A DNA stretch of 64,000 nt from assembly GCF_000143415.4 (NCBI RefSeq), contig NW_003314326.1, positions 186,001-250,000 of the forward strand, written 5' to 3'. The stretch comes from Selaginella moellendorffii (taxonomy: Eukaryota > Plantae > Lycopodiophyta). Of this stretch, positions 35,584 to 46,009 are shown piece after piece (position 1 is the stretch's first letter; each line of letters opens with the position of its first letter). The notes beneath the pieces were generated by a model. The model was given only the letters and a program-made list of their open reading frames with translations. It searched no databases and was not told the origin of the DNA. Position numbers and translations under genes: made by a program.

Positions 35584-36622
35584 ATGGCCGTCTTGATTTG
35601 TGTGCGTCATGGTGAGACGACATGGAACGCCAGCGGGAAGCTCCAGGTATGTGTGTGTCGATCGATCGATCGGCTACCATGGCATTGACGATCATGGATC
35701 CTATTTTTTTTTCTTTCTTTTTTGTTGTTTTTTTTCTTCTTGTCAGGGACAATTGGAGACCGATCTAAACGACGCTGGAAGGAAGCAAGCATCCGCTGTA
35801 TGTTGAAAAGACTAGAATGCAGCCAAGAGTCTGTGGAGGTCAGGATGATCAAAGCGATCTCTCTCATTTTTGTCTTTTGGTTTTCGTCCTCTCAGCTTGC
35901 GGAACATTTGGCTAAACAAAGCTCGCAGAAGATCACAGCGGTTTACTCGTCGGATCTTCGCCGTGCATCAGACACGGCCCAGACAATCGCTGAAAAGCTG
36001 GGATTGTCACAGGTAGAGCATGCTTCTCCCATGTGTTCTTGAGAATGTCAAACGTTTTCTTATGGCTTTTGCAGGTGAGCACGACACCACTGCTTCGAGA
36101 GCGGCATTTGGGCAGGCTCCAAGGCCTGACGCCAAAGCAAGCTCGCGAGAGAGAAGCCCACGCGTTTAAGATACTCGCCTCTTCGTCCGGCGACGAACCC
36201 ATCCCGGTGAGAACTAAGGCTCAGTGTTGTGAGTGAGCTCACAGATGGTTTTCTCAGGGTGGAGGGGAGAGCTTCGGTGAGATGCGCGATCGCGCGGCAA
36301 GAGCGGCTGAAGACATTGCTCGGCAGCACGAAGGTATTCCTAGATCTTCTCCGATCGACACACCCGTTTGATGAGTGTGTGGTCTCTTCTCTTTCTTCAA
36401 GGCGAGAGAGTGGTGGTGGTGACGCACGGTGGTGTTCTTCAGTCCATGCATGTCACCGCGACGGGCAAGCCAGCGCCGGGCCGTGTCCCCAACGCGTCGA
36501 TCAATGTCTTGAGCATCTCTAGCGACAACCAGTGGAAGTTCCAGTCGTGGTGCGACGTGGAGCATCTCAAGGGCGTTGGCTTCTTGTCCTCGGCATTTGG
36601 AGGTGGCGCCAAGTCGGGCTGA
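35584..36622 (+). CDS. Histidine phosphatase / phosphoglycerate mutase-like protein
   Basis: MAVLICVRHGETTWNASGKLQ/GQLETDLNDAGRKQA, VYSSDLRRASDTA, LRERHLGRLQG, GGGES, VVVTHGG, WCDVEHL...FGGGAKSG*. Confidence 0.93.
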
Positions 36623-36654
36623 CCCTCTCTTCTTTCCAATTGAGACTCTCCATT

Positions 36655-36855
36655 CTTTAGCAGCCTACGGTCCTGTGCTTGCACTGTCCATGCTCGAATC
36701 CTCAGTGGAAGATGCGTCTTTCTGATCCCGGAAAAGGCAGAGATCCGAACATCATGATCCAGGCGTATGCCCGGAATGCGTATACTGCTCAAGCCATGAA
36801 TTTCTTTCACCAAACAGGTCACTTGGACTCCTGAAACGTAATCACTCGCAAATGA
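36655..36855 (+). pseudogene. Decayed duplicate of the 5' end of the PPR gene at 39763
   Basis: gcagcctacggtcctgtgcttgc...tcatgatccaggcgtatgcccggaatgcgtatactgc..agccatgaatttctttcacca matches ~39776-40165 with many deletions. Confidence 0.9.
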
Positions 36856-36899
36856 ACGTAAGGAGTGTGTGCATCTTTACATCAGCATAAATTCTAGGA

Positions 36900-39083
36900 A
36901 TATTCACTATCTTTGTTGGGTGATGGAATCTATACGCTCGGCTTCACCGAGCTGGGTAAGGCTCTGGATAAGGAGTATCCAGTTTTCAATGGCGAACTCG
37001 GAGCTGCCATCACGAAGCACCAAATCACTGGGCGAGTGTTTCTTTATCTCGACCGCAACCACTGGACAGCCTGTGGTTTGACATTCGGGGCTGCCCTGCA
37101 GCTCGAGCTGCCGAGAGATCGTTTTCTAAAAGGTAGCCGTGTTTTAATAGTTTTTCTGAAGCACAGCACAAATCAACATCTTTATCAATGGCAGCCACAT
37201 GTCTCATGAAACTCTCCATGCGAGGCTTGGTGATATGGACTTTTTCACTGTTCTGACTCGTCCTGTCGTCAGCTTGGAGCTCCATTTCAGGCCAGCAATC
37301 TGTTTGTTTCTTCAGATGGAAAGGAAACCATCGTTCGAGTATATGGGCCGTGACATCGCGCCGAGAGTGGAAAGCTTCATCATGAACAGCCTCCTTGCCG
37401 AAGATGGGCGATCAGTAGATGCACCAACTTTCGCCGTGATCACTGGCACAGCGGGCTCCGGAAAGACAACTTGCGTAATGGCTGCTGTTGTGAACATGCA
37501 TCGGAGGTTTGCAAAGGCTCGTGAGAAGAGCCCCGTTCCTCCTTTCTGGGAAGCTGTAGTACCAAAGGAAGATGGAGAGGCTGATGGAGACGAGATGGAA
37601 GCGGAAGAGGAAGCACAGGACAGCTACTGTACGTGGATTGCTCACAGTTTGTCAATGATCCTTTCATGACGCTGAGAAACAGTCTGCTCCTGGCTTACAT
37701 AGACGACAAGCAGGATATGCAACACATTCTTGCTGCTGAAGACTACAGAAACTTGGAGGAATTTATTCGACTCAGGACATCCCGGGATCGCGTCTATGTT
37801 GTAGTTGACGATGCCAATGCCACTGGTGTGGACAAGGACGGTGGAAGTCAAACAGGAATTAGGAAGCCTTCAGTGGCGAAACGTACAGATGCCAGGGATA
37901 AGGTCGTGGCTGTGCAATTTGTCTGCTATCTCGTTGTCTGCTTTTCTGTGACGAGTGGGATCAGGAAGGACCTTGAGCACGATAAACGGCCAGCAGACTT
38001 TTTTATATGTGGAGGATACGAGGTAAGTGCGTGTGAGCTCATGGCTGCGTTTGTTTCCTACTGTAGGCTCGTGAATTGTGCAAGTATCTAGACCACCAAA
38101 AGTTACAAGTTTCAGTCAAGGAGCTTGCGGACTTGATGTGGTGGACTGGTTTCGTGCCGAGTCTGGTCTACCGGTATCTCTTTGGAGACGTGGAACAGGT
38201 GGTAGGGGATATGTCATGGCGTTGCTGGCTAAGACGTTGAAGGAGAAAAAAGATACTGACGCTCGCACTGAGATTGAAAAGTGGTCATGTTCGACAGGCT
38301 CGAATAGGATGGAACGCTGAGATGGCTACGATATTGGCTGCTGCGTTATACAGACCGCTTCTCACGTTGAATAACGGGGCCCAGCTCGTTATAGATCCGG
38401 AGGTCGTTGTGACTGGCGAGGACATTTGTGAGGAGTACCCGAACAAGAGAGTTCTGATTATTCCCAAGGAGTTCAACCACCTCAGGGCGCGTACGTATTA
38501 TGTAGCTGGGGGACTCGTGGTTGTGATCCAGGTATCGGTGGCAACAAACGCGATCAGGATCCACGCCGAGGCGAGGGAACTGGCTGGACAAATTTTCTGC
38601 GAATTGGCTGAAAAGTCCGCAGGTCGCAAGTGCTTCTGGCATGGGTTGTTCATGGTGACGCATGGGGATATGAAAAAAGGTGAGGATGTGTACGACGAAG
38701 TTGTGTCTACATTCGGTGGTTTTAGTAGTGCTCTCAAGGCCGTCGATGGACATTGCGATGTTCTGAAAGGAAGGGTTCCAAGAGAGGAGGTTTGCTTTGT
38801 TTGATTTCATGTAGATTGAAGACTGATTTGTTATTGTTTCAGGATTCGTGCGTTGAGTGTTCTGTTACTTTGGTGAAGAAGAGCGTGGTGACTGGGTTCA
38901 ATGCGGTGTTTGCAATGGCTGGGTTCACAGACTTTGTGCTGGTGAGAGGTACACTGGGCCCGAAAATGTTTTCCAGTGCCTTTTCTGTGATGCGACACCG
39001 GCATTGCATCGAAGAAAAGGGGTCCAGTCACGTCGAAGAAGAGGAAGGTAGAGGGAGATGTTGGCAACAACATCCGCATTAAA
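36900..39083 (+). pseudogene. Frameshifted Crinkler/CR-like gene: SAM-like header, P-loop NTPase, nuclease-like segment, PHD finger
   Basis: ITKHQITGRVFLYLDRNHWTACGLTFGAALQLE (SAM-like); YMGRD...VITGTAGSGKTT; VYVVVDDAN; ESGLPV; IIPKEFNH...VVIQVSVA; CVEC/DWVQCGVCNGWVHRLC...FQCLFC (C4HC3). Frameshifts near 37625 and 38868; introns present. Confidence 0.65.
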
Positions 39084-39459
39084 ACCTGATGTGCATCACT
39101 GATCCACTTGTGATGGAAGGATCGGATTGCTGGCGACTCTGGCGACTCTGGCGACTCTGCAAAAATTACTTCATGTCTCAATCAAATTCTCTTCATTCTG
39201 CATTTGTCAAGTGCCCTGCAAACATTTCTCCTCGCGACGAAAGATGTTCATCAGCTCCTGGGAGACCTTCAAGGCATCCGTGAGCAAGAGAGGATGCTGT
39301 TAGCAACTTTCGGCGGTAAACAACTCGTATAGCTTTTTATTCGAGCCCTGGGATCTTCTAATCCAGATTCAATCCGGACATGCTCAAGAGGGAATCTTTG
39401 TCAATGGTACTTAGCGATCTTATCCCTCGAAGGAGCAATCTATGAAGGCTTTGGGCCAT

Positions 39460-39720
39460 AGCAAGCTCGCGTGAGAGAAGCACACGCGTTTCGCCTCGAC
39501 GGGGTGAGAACTGCCTCTAAGTAGCGATATCTGTCACTGTGAGTGAGCTGCAAGAGCACAAATGCCCTACACCGAGTGTGGTATGTGTCTGTTCTTTAGT
39601 GGTGGTGACGCACGGTCACGGTCACGGGCAAGGCAGCCGCTTCGTTCAATGTCTTGAGCATCTCTAGCGACAACCAGTCGTGGTGCGACGTGGAGCATTT
39701 CCTTGTCCTCGGGACCCCTC
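39460..39720 (+). pseudogene. Decayed duplicate of the 3' half of the histidine phosphatase gene
   Basis: agcaagctcgcgtgagagaagcacacgcgttt, gtggtggtgacgcacggt and tcaatgtcttgagcatctctagcgacaaccagtcgtggtgcgacgtggagcat match 36137-36625. Confidence 0.92.
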
Positions 39721-39762
39721 CATTCCATCCAAAGAATCCACACTCACAATTCCTTAGAATGA

Positions 39763-41514
39763 ATGAGCATTGCCCGCAGCCTCCGGTCCTGTGCTTGCCT
39801 TGCGGAGGCACGGCAGCTCCACGCTCGAATCATCGGCAGTGGAAGCGGCTTCTTTCTCGTCAATCTCTTGATCCAGGCGTACGGCAGATGTGGCAGCCCG
39901 GAAGAGGCAAGGATGGTGTTGGACCACGAGATCCAAGAGCCCAACATCTTCTCGTTGAATTTCATGATCCAGGCATATGCCCGGAATGGGTATACTGCGG
40001 AGGCCATGGATTTCTTTCACCAGATGCCGCGGAGGGACGTGGTTACCTGGACGTCAATGGTTGCGCTTTTTATGCATGCAAGGCACAAGCAAGAAGCTCA
40101 GACATTCTTCTTAAAAATGCCACAGCGGAATGCAATCACTTGGAATGTGCTACTCGCAGCAAATGCCCAGAATGGAGATGAGAGATCTCTTGCAAAGGCT
40201 ACCTTTGATGCTATGCCCGCTCGGACCATCATCTCTTGGAATACAATGCTACAGGCGGGGTTGGATCCGTGCGCAGTGAGTGATGTGTTTCACAAGATGC
40301 CAGCGCGTGATGGTGTTTCCTGGGACTTGGCAGCCTACCACAACCGGGATGCCAAACACTGGTTTGACAACAACCCGGAGAAATCCCATGTCTCGTGGAA
40401 CATCCTCCATGCACGAACGGATGATTTAGAGCACTGCAAACTTGTCTACGAGAGAATGCCCGCACACGGGGTCCTGTCGTCCACTGCCATGATCCAAGAA
40501 TTCTCTTTGAAAGGGGAGATCAGTAGAGCACAAAGTGTGTTTCATTCGATGCATGCGCGCAGCCTCGTCACATGGAACACGATGATCTCAGCGTACTCGC
40601 AAGCGTTTCAGGTACGTCAAGCACAAGATCTGTTTGATCGAGCTCCGCAGCGAGATGTCATCTCTTGGACTTCCATGTTTCAGGCTCTTGCGACCTTCGG
40701 GAAACTTTCGGATGCCAAGGCGGCATTCGACGATATGCCGGAGAAGAATGTAGTTTCCTGGACGGGGTTACTACTTCTATACTCTCGTGCCGAGAGCCTC
40801 GACCGTTCCAAAGCAGCGTTTGATCGAATGCCCAGGCACGACCTTGCTGGATGGAACGCCATTATAGCAGCGTATGCTCGAAACGGGCATCTCAAGGAAG
40901 CGAGGCAGCTCTTTGAAGAGCTGATGCCGGAGAGAGGAACTTGGTCTTGCAGTTGCTTGATCGATGCCTACGCGCGGCACGGCCAGCTGCAAGACGCGAA
41001 GAAACTCTTTGATGATCCTTTGAACACCAGAGACGTTGCCTCGTGGAACTCCATGATGGAGGCGTATGCCCTCGACGAGCACAGCACGGCGACCATCCAG
41101 CTCTTCCGTGAGATGCAGCTCGACGGTACCACCCCGGACGGCATATCGTTTACCACCATTCTGGCGGCATGCAGCCACCTTGGGCGTCCACAGGACGCGC
41201 AGCGCTACTTGGAGTCCATGGCCGGTGACTATGGACTAGAGCCGGAGCGAGATCACTACATCTGCGTTATAGACAACCTGGGACGAGTGGGAAGGCTCGA
41301 ACACGCCGAGGAGCTCGTTAGTTACATGCCATCTCTGGAGCTGGACGGTGGCCATTTTGCCTGGAAAACATTGCTAGGAGCTTGTAGGAACCATGGCGAT
41401 CTGGGACGGGGATGTTACGTGGCCAAGCACGCTCTAGAGCTGGATCCGCAATGGGCATCGCTTTACTCTCTCCTATCAAACATTGTCGTTGAATCATTGA
41501 ATGCTCAAGAATGA
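39763..41514 (+). CDS. PLS-class PPR protein with E extension (some repeats shortened)
   Basis: 583-aa intronless ORF; HYICVIDNLGRVG...WKTLLGAC...YSLLSNI. Confidence 0.92.
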   Translation: MSIARSLRSCACLAEARQLHARIIGSGSGFFLVNLLIQAYGRCGSPEEARMVLDHEIQEPNIFSLNFMIQAYARNGYTAEAMDFFHQMPRRDVVTWTSMVALFMHARHKQEAQTFFLKMPQRNAITWNVLLAANAQNGDERSLAKATFDAMPARTIISWNTMLQAGLDPCAVSDVFHKMPARDGVSWDLAAYHNRDAKHWFDNNPEKSHVSWNILHARTDDLEHCKLVYERMPAHGVLSSTAMIQEFSLKGEISRAQSVFHSMHARSLVTWNTMISAYSQAFQVRQAQDLFDRAPQRDVISWTSMFQALATFGKLSDAKAAFDDMPEKNVVSWTGLLLLYSRAESLDRSKAAFDRMPRHDLAGWNAIIAAYARNGHLKEARQLFEELMPERGTWSCSCLIDAYARHGQLQDAKKLFDDPLNTRDVASWNSMMEAYALDEHSTATIQLFREMQLDGTTPDGISFTTILAACSHLGRPQDAQRYLESMAGDYGLEPERDHYICVIDNLGRVGRLEHAEELVSYMPSLELDGGHFAWKTLLGACRNHGDLGRGCYVAKHALELDPQWASLYSLLSNIVVESLNAQE

Positions 41515-41524
41515 GAGAGATACA

Positions 41525-42121
41525 CTAGCCGTCAAAATCATCATCGTTATGATCGAGCTCCAAGACATCATCATCACTGTCGCTGTAAACTTCAATGTGA
41601 TCAAGAGCTCCGTCGTCCCTGAGCTTCCGGAGTTCTCCTCTCACGTCTTTGGAAACCGCAAGCTTCCGGAGGATCTCGGCCACGTTGGAGAGCTGGCAGT
41701 CATCATCGTTATCGCCCTCATAGCTTTCGATCATAATGGCGTTATCCACAACATGATCTGGTATCAAATCCCGGTCGTCGTCCACCAGCACCACCTTGCT
41801 CAAATCCCGACCAAGCTTGGTCACGTCCTTGGTTAGATCTGCTCCAAAGTCCATGTTTGATAGTAAGTGCGAGAACTCGGATCCTTTGCACTGGAGCTGC
41901 CGCAACGCGTTGGCTGCGTAGTCACTAGGAGCGCTAGTCCACAACACAAGCTCGTAGATGTCCGCCATATCCTTTAGAAACTGATCCACTCCTGGCCGCT
42001 TGGATATGTGCAATCGATCGCTAGTCAAGGGCCATAACAACGTCCCATCCATGTCCAGGACCAACGTCGCGGGCTTGGAACTTGGTGGAAGAAGAGGACT
42101 AGCTCGCCATTCACTCGCCAT
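41525..42121 (-). CDS. Intronless SCP/FCP1-like (NIF) HAD phosphatase
   Basis: TLVLDMDGTL, KRPGVDQFL, YELVLWTSA, KDVTKLGRDLSKVVLVDD, DVRGEL. The likely start is MASEW at 42121; the upstream part of the track ORF is antisense to a PPR. Confidence 0.9.
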   Translation of the reverse strand: MASEWRASPLLPPSSKPATLVLDMDGTLLWPLTSDRLHISKRPGVDQFLKDMADIYELVLWTSAPSDYAANALRQLQCKGSEFSHLLSNMDFGADLTKDVTKLGRDLSKVVLVDDDRDLIPDHVVDNAIMIESYEGDNDDDCQLSNVAEILRKLAVSKDVRGELRKLRDDGALDHIEVYSDSDDDVLELDHNDDDFDG

Positions 42122-42170
42122 CGAATGAAACTCCTCCAACCTAGATTTCTCTCGCGGGGCCCTTATTTGT

Positions 42171-44861
42171 ATGAGGCCGTGGCAATTGGTGCGCACGAGA
42201 TCCATCCATGGTTTGAGCGCTCTCCAGGAGCAAGACGCGTTTGCGCAGCTCGTGCGATCCTGCCGAGACATATCCCAGGCCAAACACCTCCATTCTAGCA
42301 TTCTCTCCAGCGTGCACGCTACCAACACCTTCCTCGTGAACCTCATCGTCCAAATGTATGGCCGATGCGGCGATGTAAACAGCGCTAGGCAGGTTTTCGA
42401 TTCGCTTCGGCAGCCCAATCTCTTCTCCTGGAACATCATGATCCAGGCATATGCCCAAAACGGGCAACTCCACGACGCCAAGCTCATTTTCGATGCGGTT
42501 CCTTGCAAGGATGTTGTCTCCTGGAACGCGATGATAGCGATTTTCGTTCTAGCTGGAGATGTCGAGGGAGCTCATTATGTCTTTGATTGCATGGACCACC
42601 GAAACGTGGTGTCGTGGAACACGATATTAGCAGCATATACCGAGTTTGGGCATATTGGAACTGTTCTTTTTCTCTTTGAAAGAATGCCTCAAACAAACGC
42701 GATATCGACCAATACTCTTATTCAAGCTCTTGCTTGCTCCCACCGTCTTGATGAATCCAAGTCCCTTTTTGATTTGATGCCCGTTAGAACGGTTGTTTCA
42801 TGGAACACACTCCTGCAGGCTTATACCTACAGCGGGCAGCCGGAGCTAGTGACCATCATCTATCTCCGGATGCCTCATTGGGACGTCATCTCGTGCTCAT
42901 CGTTGATCGCTGTGTCTGACAAAGACGATCGCTTGGGTTATGGCAAGCAGTCCTTTGATCAAATGCCTCACCGAAACATCATCTCCTGGACCGCCATGTT
43001 TCAGGCGTATGCCCAAACGGGACATCTCCATTCTGCTACAGAGGTGTTTTACAAGATGCCCGAGTGGAATCTAGTGTCCATGAATGCACTGCTCCAAGCG
43101 TCCGCAGATCTAGATAGTTTAGAAGTTTCCCAGGAAGTGTTTGCATGGATGCCGGACCGGGATGCAGTGTCGTGGACAGTGATGCTCCAAGCAAATGCTC
43201 AAGCTGGAGATTTATCCACAGCAGCAGCCATCTTCAATGAAATGCCGTGCCGGACCATGGTCTCCTGGAACTCCATGTTGCAAATCTTAAGCCAGAGGGT
43301 CGACTCCATCACCGATGCCAAGCTCGTGTTTGATCTCATCCCCCAGCACGACACCATCTCCTGGACAACGATGATCGCGGCATTCGCCCAGGCCGGATGC
43401 GTGGACGAGGCCTGGGACGTGTTCGCCAGCATACCACAGCACAGCTCCATCTCCTGGACCGCCATGATCGCGGCTTTCACTCACAACGGATTCACGAGCG
43501 AGGCACTGCGACACTTCGAGTCGATGCCCGAGCAAGGGCTGGCAGCCAAGAACACTATCATCTCTTGCCATGCCGAGGCCACGGGCGAGATGAGCTCGAG
43601 CAAGCACGTCTTCGATGAGATGAGCCAACGAGACGTGGTTACTTGGACGGCCATGATTGGGGGATACGGTCAGGTGGACGCTCCAGATGAAGCCACGGCG
43701 GTGTTTGAGCGAATGCCACAGTGGGATCTCGTTGCCTGGAACGCGCTCATCCAGGCCTACGCGCAAAATGGCGGGGTCGATGGTAGCAAGAGGCTGTTCG
43801 ATGCGATGCCGCAGAGGAATCGAGTGTCGTGGAGCACGATGGTGCAACTGGTTGCCGGGGAGGATCCGGCGGCCGGGCGATTGATGCTGGAGAAGATGCC
43901 CCGCCAGGACGCCGTCGCCTGGACTGCCGTCGTCGCGGCATACGCGCAGCTGGGTCGACTGCTTGAGATCGGTGATCTCTTCGACAGCGTGCATTGCGTG
44001 GACGTGGTGGCGTGGAATGCGATGATCCAAGCCAACTGCAAGGACTCCAACCTCGAGGGCGCCAAGGCTGTGTTTGATCGGATGCCCAAAAGGAATGTTG
44101 TGTCTTGGAATTCAGTTGTGTCAGCAAATGCCCAAAGAGGGTATCTTGAGACTGCGAAACTGGTGTTTGACTCTATGCCCAGCCGAGATGTGGTGTCGTG
44201 GAACGTTATGGTTGCGGGCTATGCTCAGAAAGGGTTTCTAGAGGAAGCTCGGTTCTTGCTGGAGCAGCTTCCACAGGGCGATGCAACGTCGTGGAACACC
44301 ATGTTTGATGCATATGCCTTGAATGGGCAATGCTCAAAGGCGCTGGAGCTCTTTCCACTCATGAACTTGGAAGGAGTTGTGGCCAACGAGGTGAGCTTTG
44401 TTAGTATTCTCGCCGCTTGCAGCCACTTGGGACTTGTCAAGGAAGGATGGCACCACTTCACTTGCATGACCGACGATGTGGGACTATCGCCCACTCGCGA
44501 GCACTACCTTTGTATGGTGGACATGCTCGCTCGCTCCGGGCGGCTTTGGGACGCGGAGAACTTGATAGGAACAATGCCATTCCCTCCTGATGGTGTGGCC
44601 TGGGGGACTTTGCTAGCGGCTTGCCGAAACAATGTCGATGTGGAGCGCGGAGCACGAGCAGCCGAGGAGGCACTCCAGCACGAGTACGACGTCTCCGGCC
44701 CCTACATGCTACTCTGCAGCATGCAGGCGGTAGCGGCTCACTGCACAGGCTTTGAGACAAGGGCTCATCGGCAAACTGGCTTAGTTTATCATGAGTTAGA
44801 GAGCTCGAGCTTTTACAACGAAGAACGATCAAGCACGAGAGTTACGAGCGTTCGATCATGA
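42171..44861 (+). CDS. PLS-class PPR protein with E extension
   Basis: 896-aa intronless ORF of ~31-aa repeats; HYLCMVDMLARSG...WGTLLAAC...YMLLCS. Confidence 0.95.
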   Translation: MRPWQLVRTRSIHGLSALQEQDAFAQLVRSCRDISQAKHLHSSILSSVHATNTFLVNLIVQMYGRCGDVNSARQVFDSLRQPNLFSWNIMIQAYAQNGQLHDAKLIFDAVPCKDVVSWNAMIAIFVLAGDVEGAHYVFDCMDHRNVVSWNTILAAYTEFGHIGTVLFLFERMPQTNAISTNTLIQALACSHRLDESKSLFDLMPVRTVVSWNTLLQAYTYSGQPELVTIIYLRMPHWDVISCSSLIAVSDKDDRLGYGKQSFDQMPHRNIISWTAMFQAYAQTGHLHSATEVFYKMPEWNLVSMNALLQASADLDSLEVSQEVFAWMPDRDAVSWTVMLQANAQAGDLSTAAAIFNEMPCRTMVSWNSMLQILSQRVDSITDAKLVFDLIPQHDTISWTTMIAAFAQAGCVDEAWDVFASIPQHSSISWTAMIAAFTHNGFTSEALRHFESMPEQGLAAKNTIISCHAEATGEMSSSKHVFDEMSQRDVVTWTAMIGGYGQVDAPDEATAVFERMPQWDLVAWNALIQAYAQNGGVDGSKRLFDAMPQRNRVSWSTMVQLVAGEDPAAGRLMLEKMPRQDAVAWTAVVAAYAQLGRLLEIGDLFDSVHCVDVVAWNAMIQANCKDSNLEGAKAVFDRMPKRNVVSWNSVVSANAQRGYLETAKLVFDSMPSRDVVSWNVMVAGYAQKGFLEEARFLLEQLPQGDATSWNTMFDAYALNGQCSKALELFPLMNLEGVVANEVSFVSILAACSHLGLVKEGWHHFTCMTDDVGLSPTREHYLCMVDMLARSGRLWDAENLIGTMPFPPDGVAWGTLLAACRNNVDVERGARAAEEALQHEYDVSGPYMLLCSMQAVAAHCTGFETRAHRQTGLVYHELESSSFYNEERSSTRVTSVRS

Positions 44862-45290
44862 CGACGACGAGGAGCTCAGCCCCTGCAAGCAATTGAAGTT
44901 GAAGCTGTATGCCTCGTAGCGCATGTAGCACACGTCGGTGCTCGTCTTCATGCACAGCCTAGCTCCCTTGGAGAGGGGCGCTGCTCGATCGAGATTCGCC
45001 TTGATAGTCTGCAAGCATCCCTTGCAGTTACTGCCTTTGATGCAGAGGGCGAAGCCACTGACAGTGTTGGGCGACTGGCCGTGGCTAAACTCCGAAGAGA
45101 CAGCCTGGGGAGCATGATCCAGCAGGACTTGATACACATCTAGCCAGTTCTGCTGGAACGGACTTCCCAAGCTCGTGTTACCTGTGTTGTAGTACATGAG
45201 GTTTGTTCCAATGTCGTCGGGACAACCGTCGGAGGCGTCTCCGAAGCTCATGGCGTGGATCAGCAGCAAGATGATGGCGAGGAGAGTCAT
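44856..45290 (-). CDS. Secreted single-domain DUF26 / ginkbilobin-2-like protein
   Basis: Signal peptide; SPFQQN, VSGFALC..CKGCL, GAR, CYMRYEAYSF. Confidence 0.85.
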   Translation of the reverse strand: MTLLAIILLLIHAMSFGDASDGCPDDIGTNLMYYNTGNTSLGSPFQQNWLDVYQVLLDHAPQAVSSEFSHGQSPNTVSGFALCIKGSNCKGCLQTIKANLDRAAPLSKGARLCMKTSTDVCYMRYEAYSFNFNCLQGLSSSSSS

Positions 45291-46009
45291 CCTGACCAGA
45301 TTTTACTAAGTACCACTTACTCGCTCGCTCTTCACAACGAAACTAGGCGAGCTTTATATCCACAAGGAAGCTTGACTTAGTCCCAAGTTGGAGCGAGCAC
45401 CACTGAAAATGACTCGATGCAATAGCTTAATGCAAGCACATCCTTTTCTCCATGGCTAGAATCGTGCTTCTCATTCAGGTAGTTAGCAGTGGAATCGTGA
45501 AAAGAGCAAGCCTCGGATCGGAAACTTTTCGACTAGAGGTCCACCGTGACGCTGGGACTGTCCGGCTTGATCCATTCCACTTCGAGGTAGGCCAGTGCCT
45601 TGTCAACTGGGCAGGCATATGGCGGCAAGCAACGACGATACGGCACTGTCTCGGCCTTGTTCGTCATCCCGCATTTCATGGAAGAATTGAGCTCCATTGT
45701 CGGCTCTAGCCAGACACCAACGAACTCCGTGTAACCAAAATCTGCCGGGCATCAGCCATACAAACACACTTCGTGAGCGCTTCGATGATCCTGGAGCGGC
45801 AGACACGAGCGTGGTGGAGGGATATGAGAGACGAAGAATCCATGACAAGTTTGCCGCCCGTGATAGCGGCAACGAATGCGGCGGACACGACGCCAAATCC
45901 GTGCATGCCTGGAGGCTCGTCACCTTTCTCTTCCTCTTTGGATTGTTCGAGTAAATCGTCACGCTGGGACTCGATTGAAACTTGCCAAGAACACGAACTT
46001 ACTTTTCTC

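Noticed and set aside
42122-42508. N-terminal extension of the SCP phosphatase ORF
   Set aside because: It lies antisense to the PPR 42171 coding start; the Met at 42121 is more plausible.
45452-46000. Short ORFs downstream of the EPTSP-motif gene
   Set aside because: No motifs or coherent splice model; probably 3' UTR or intergenic DNA.
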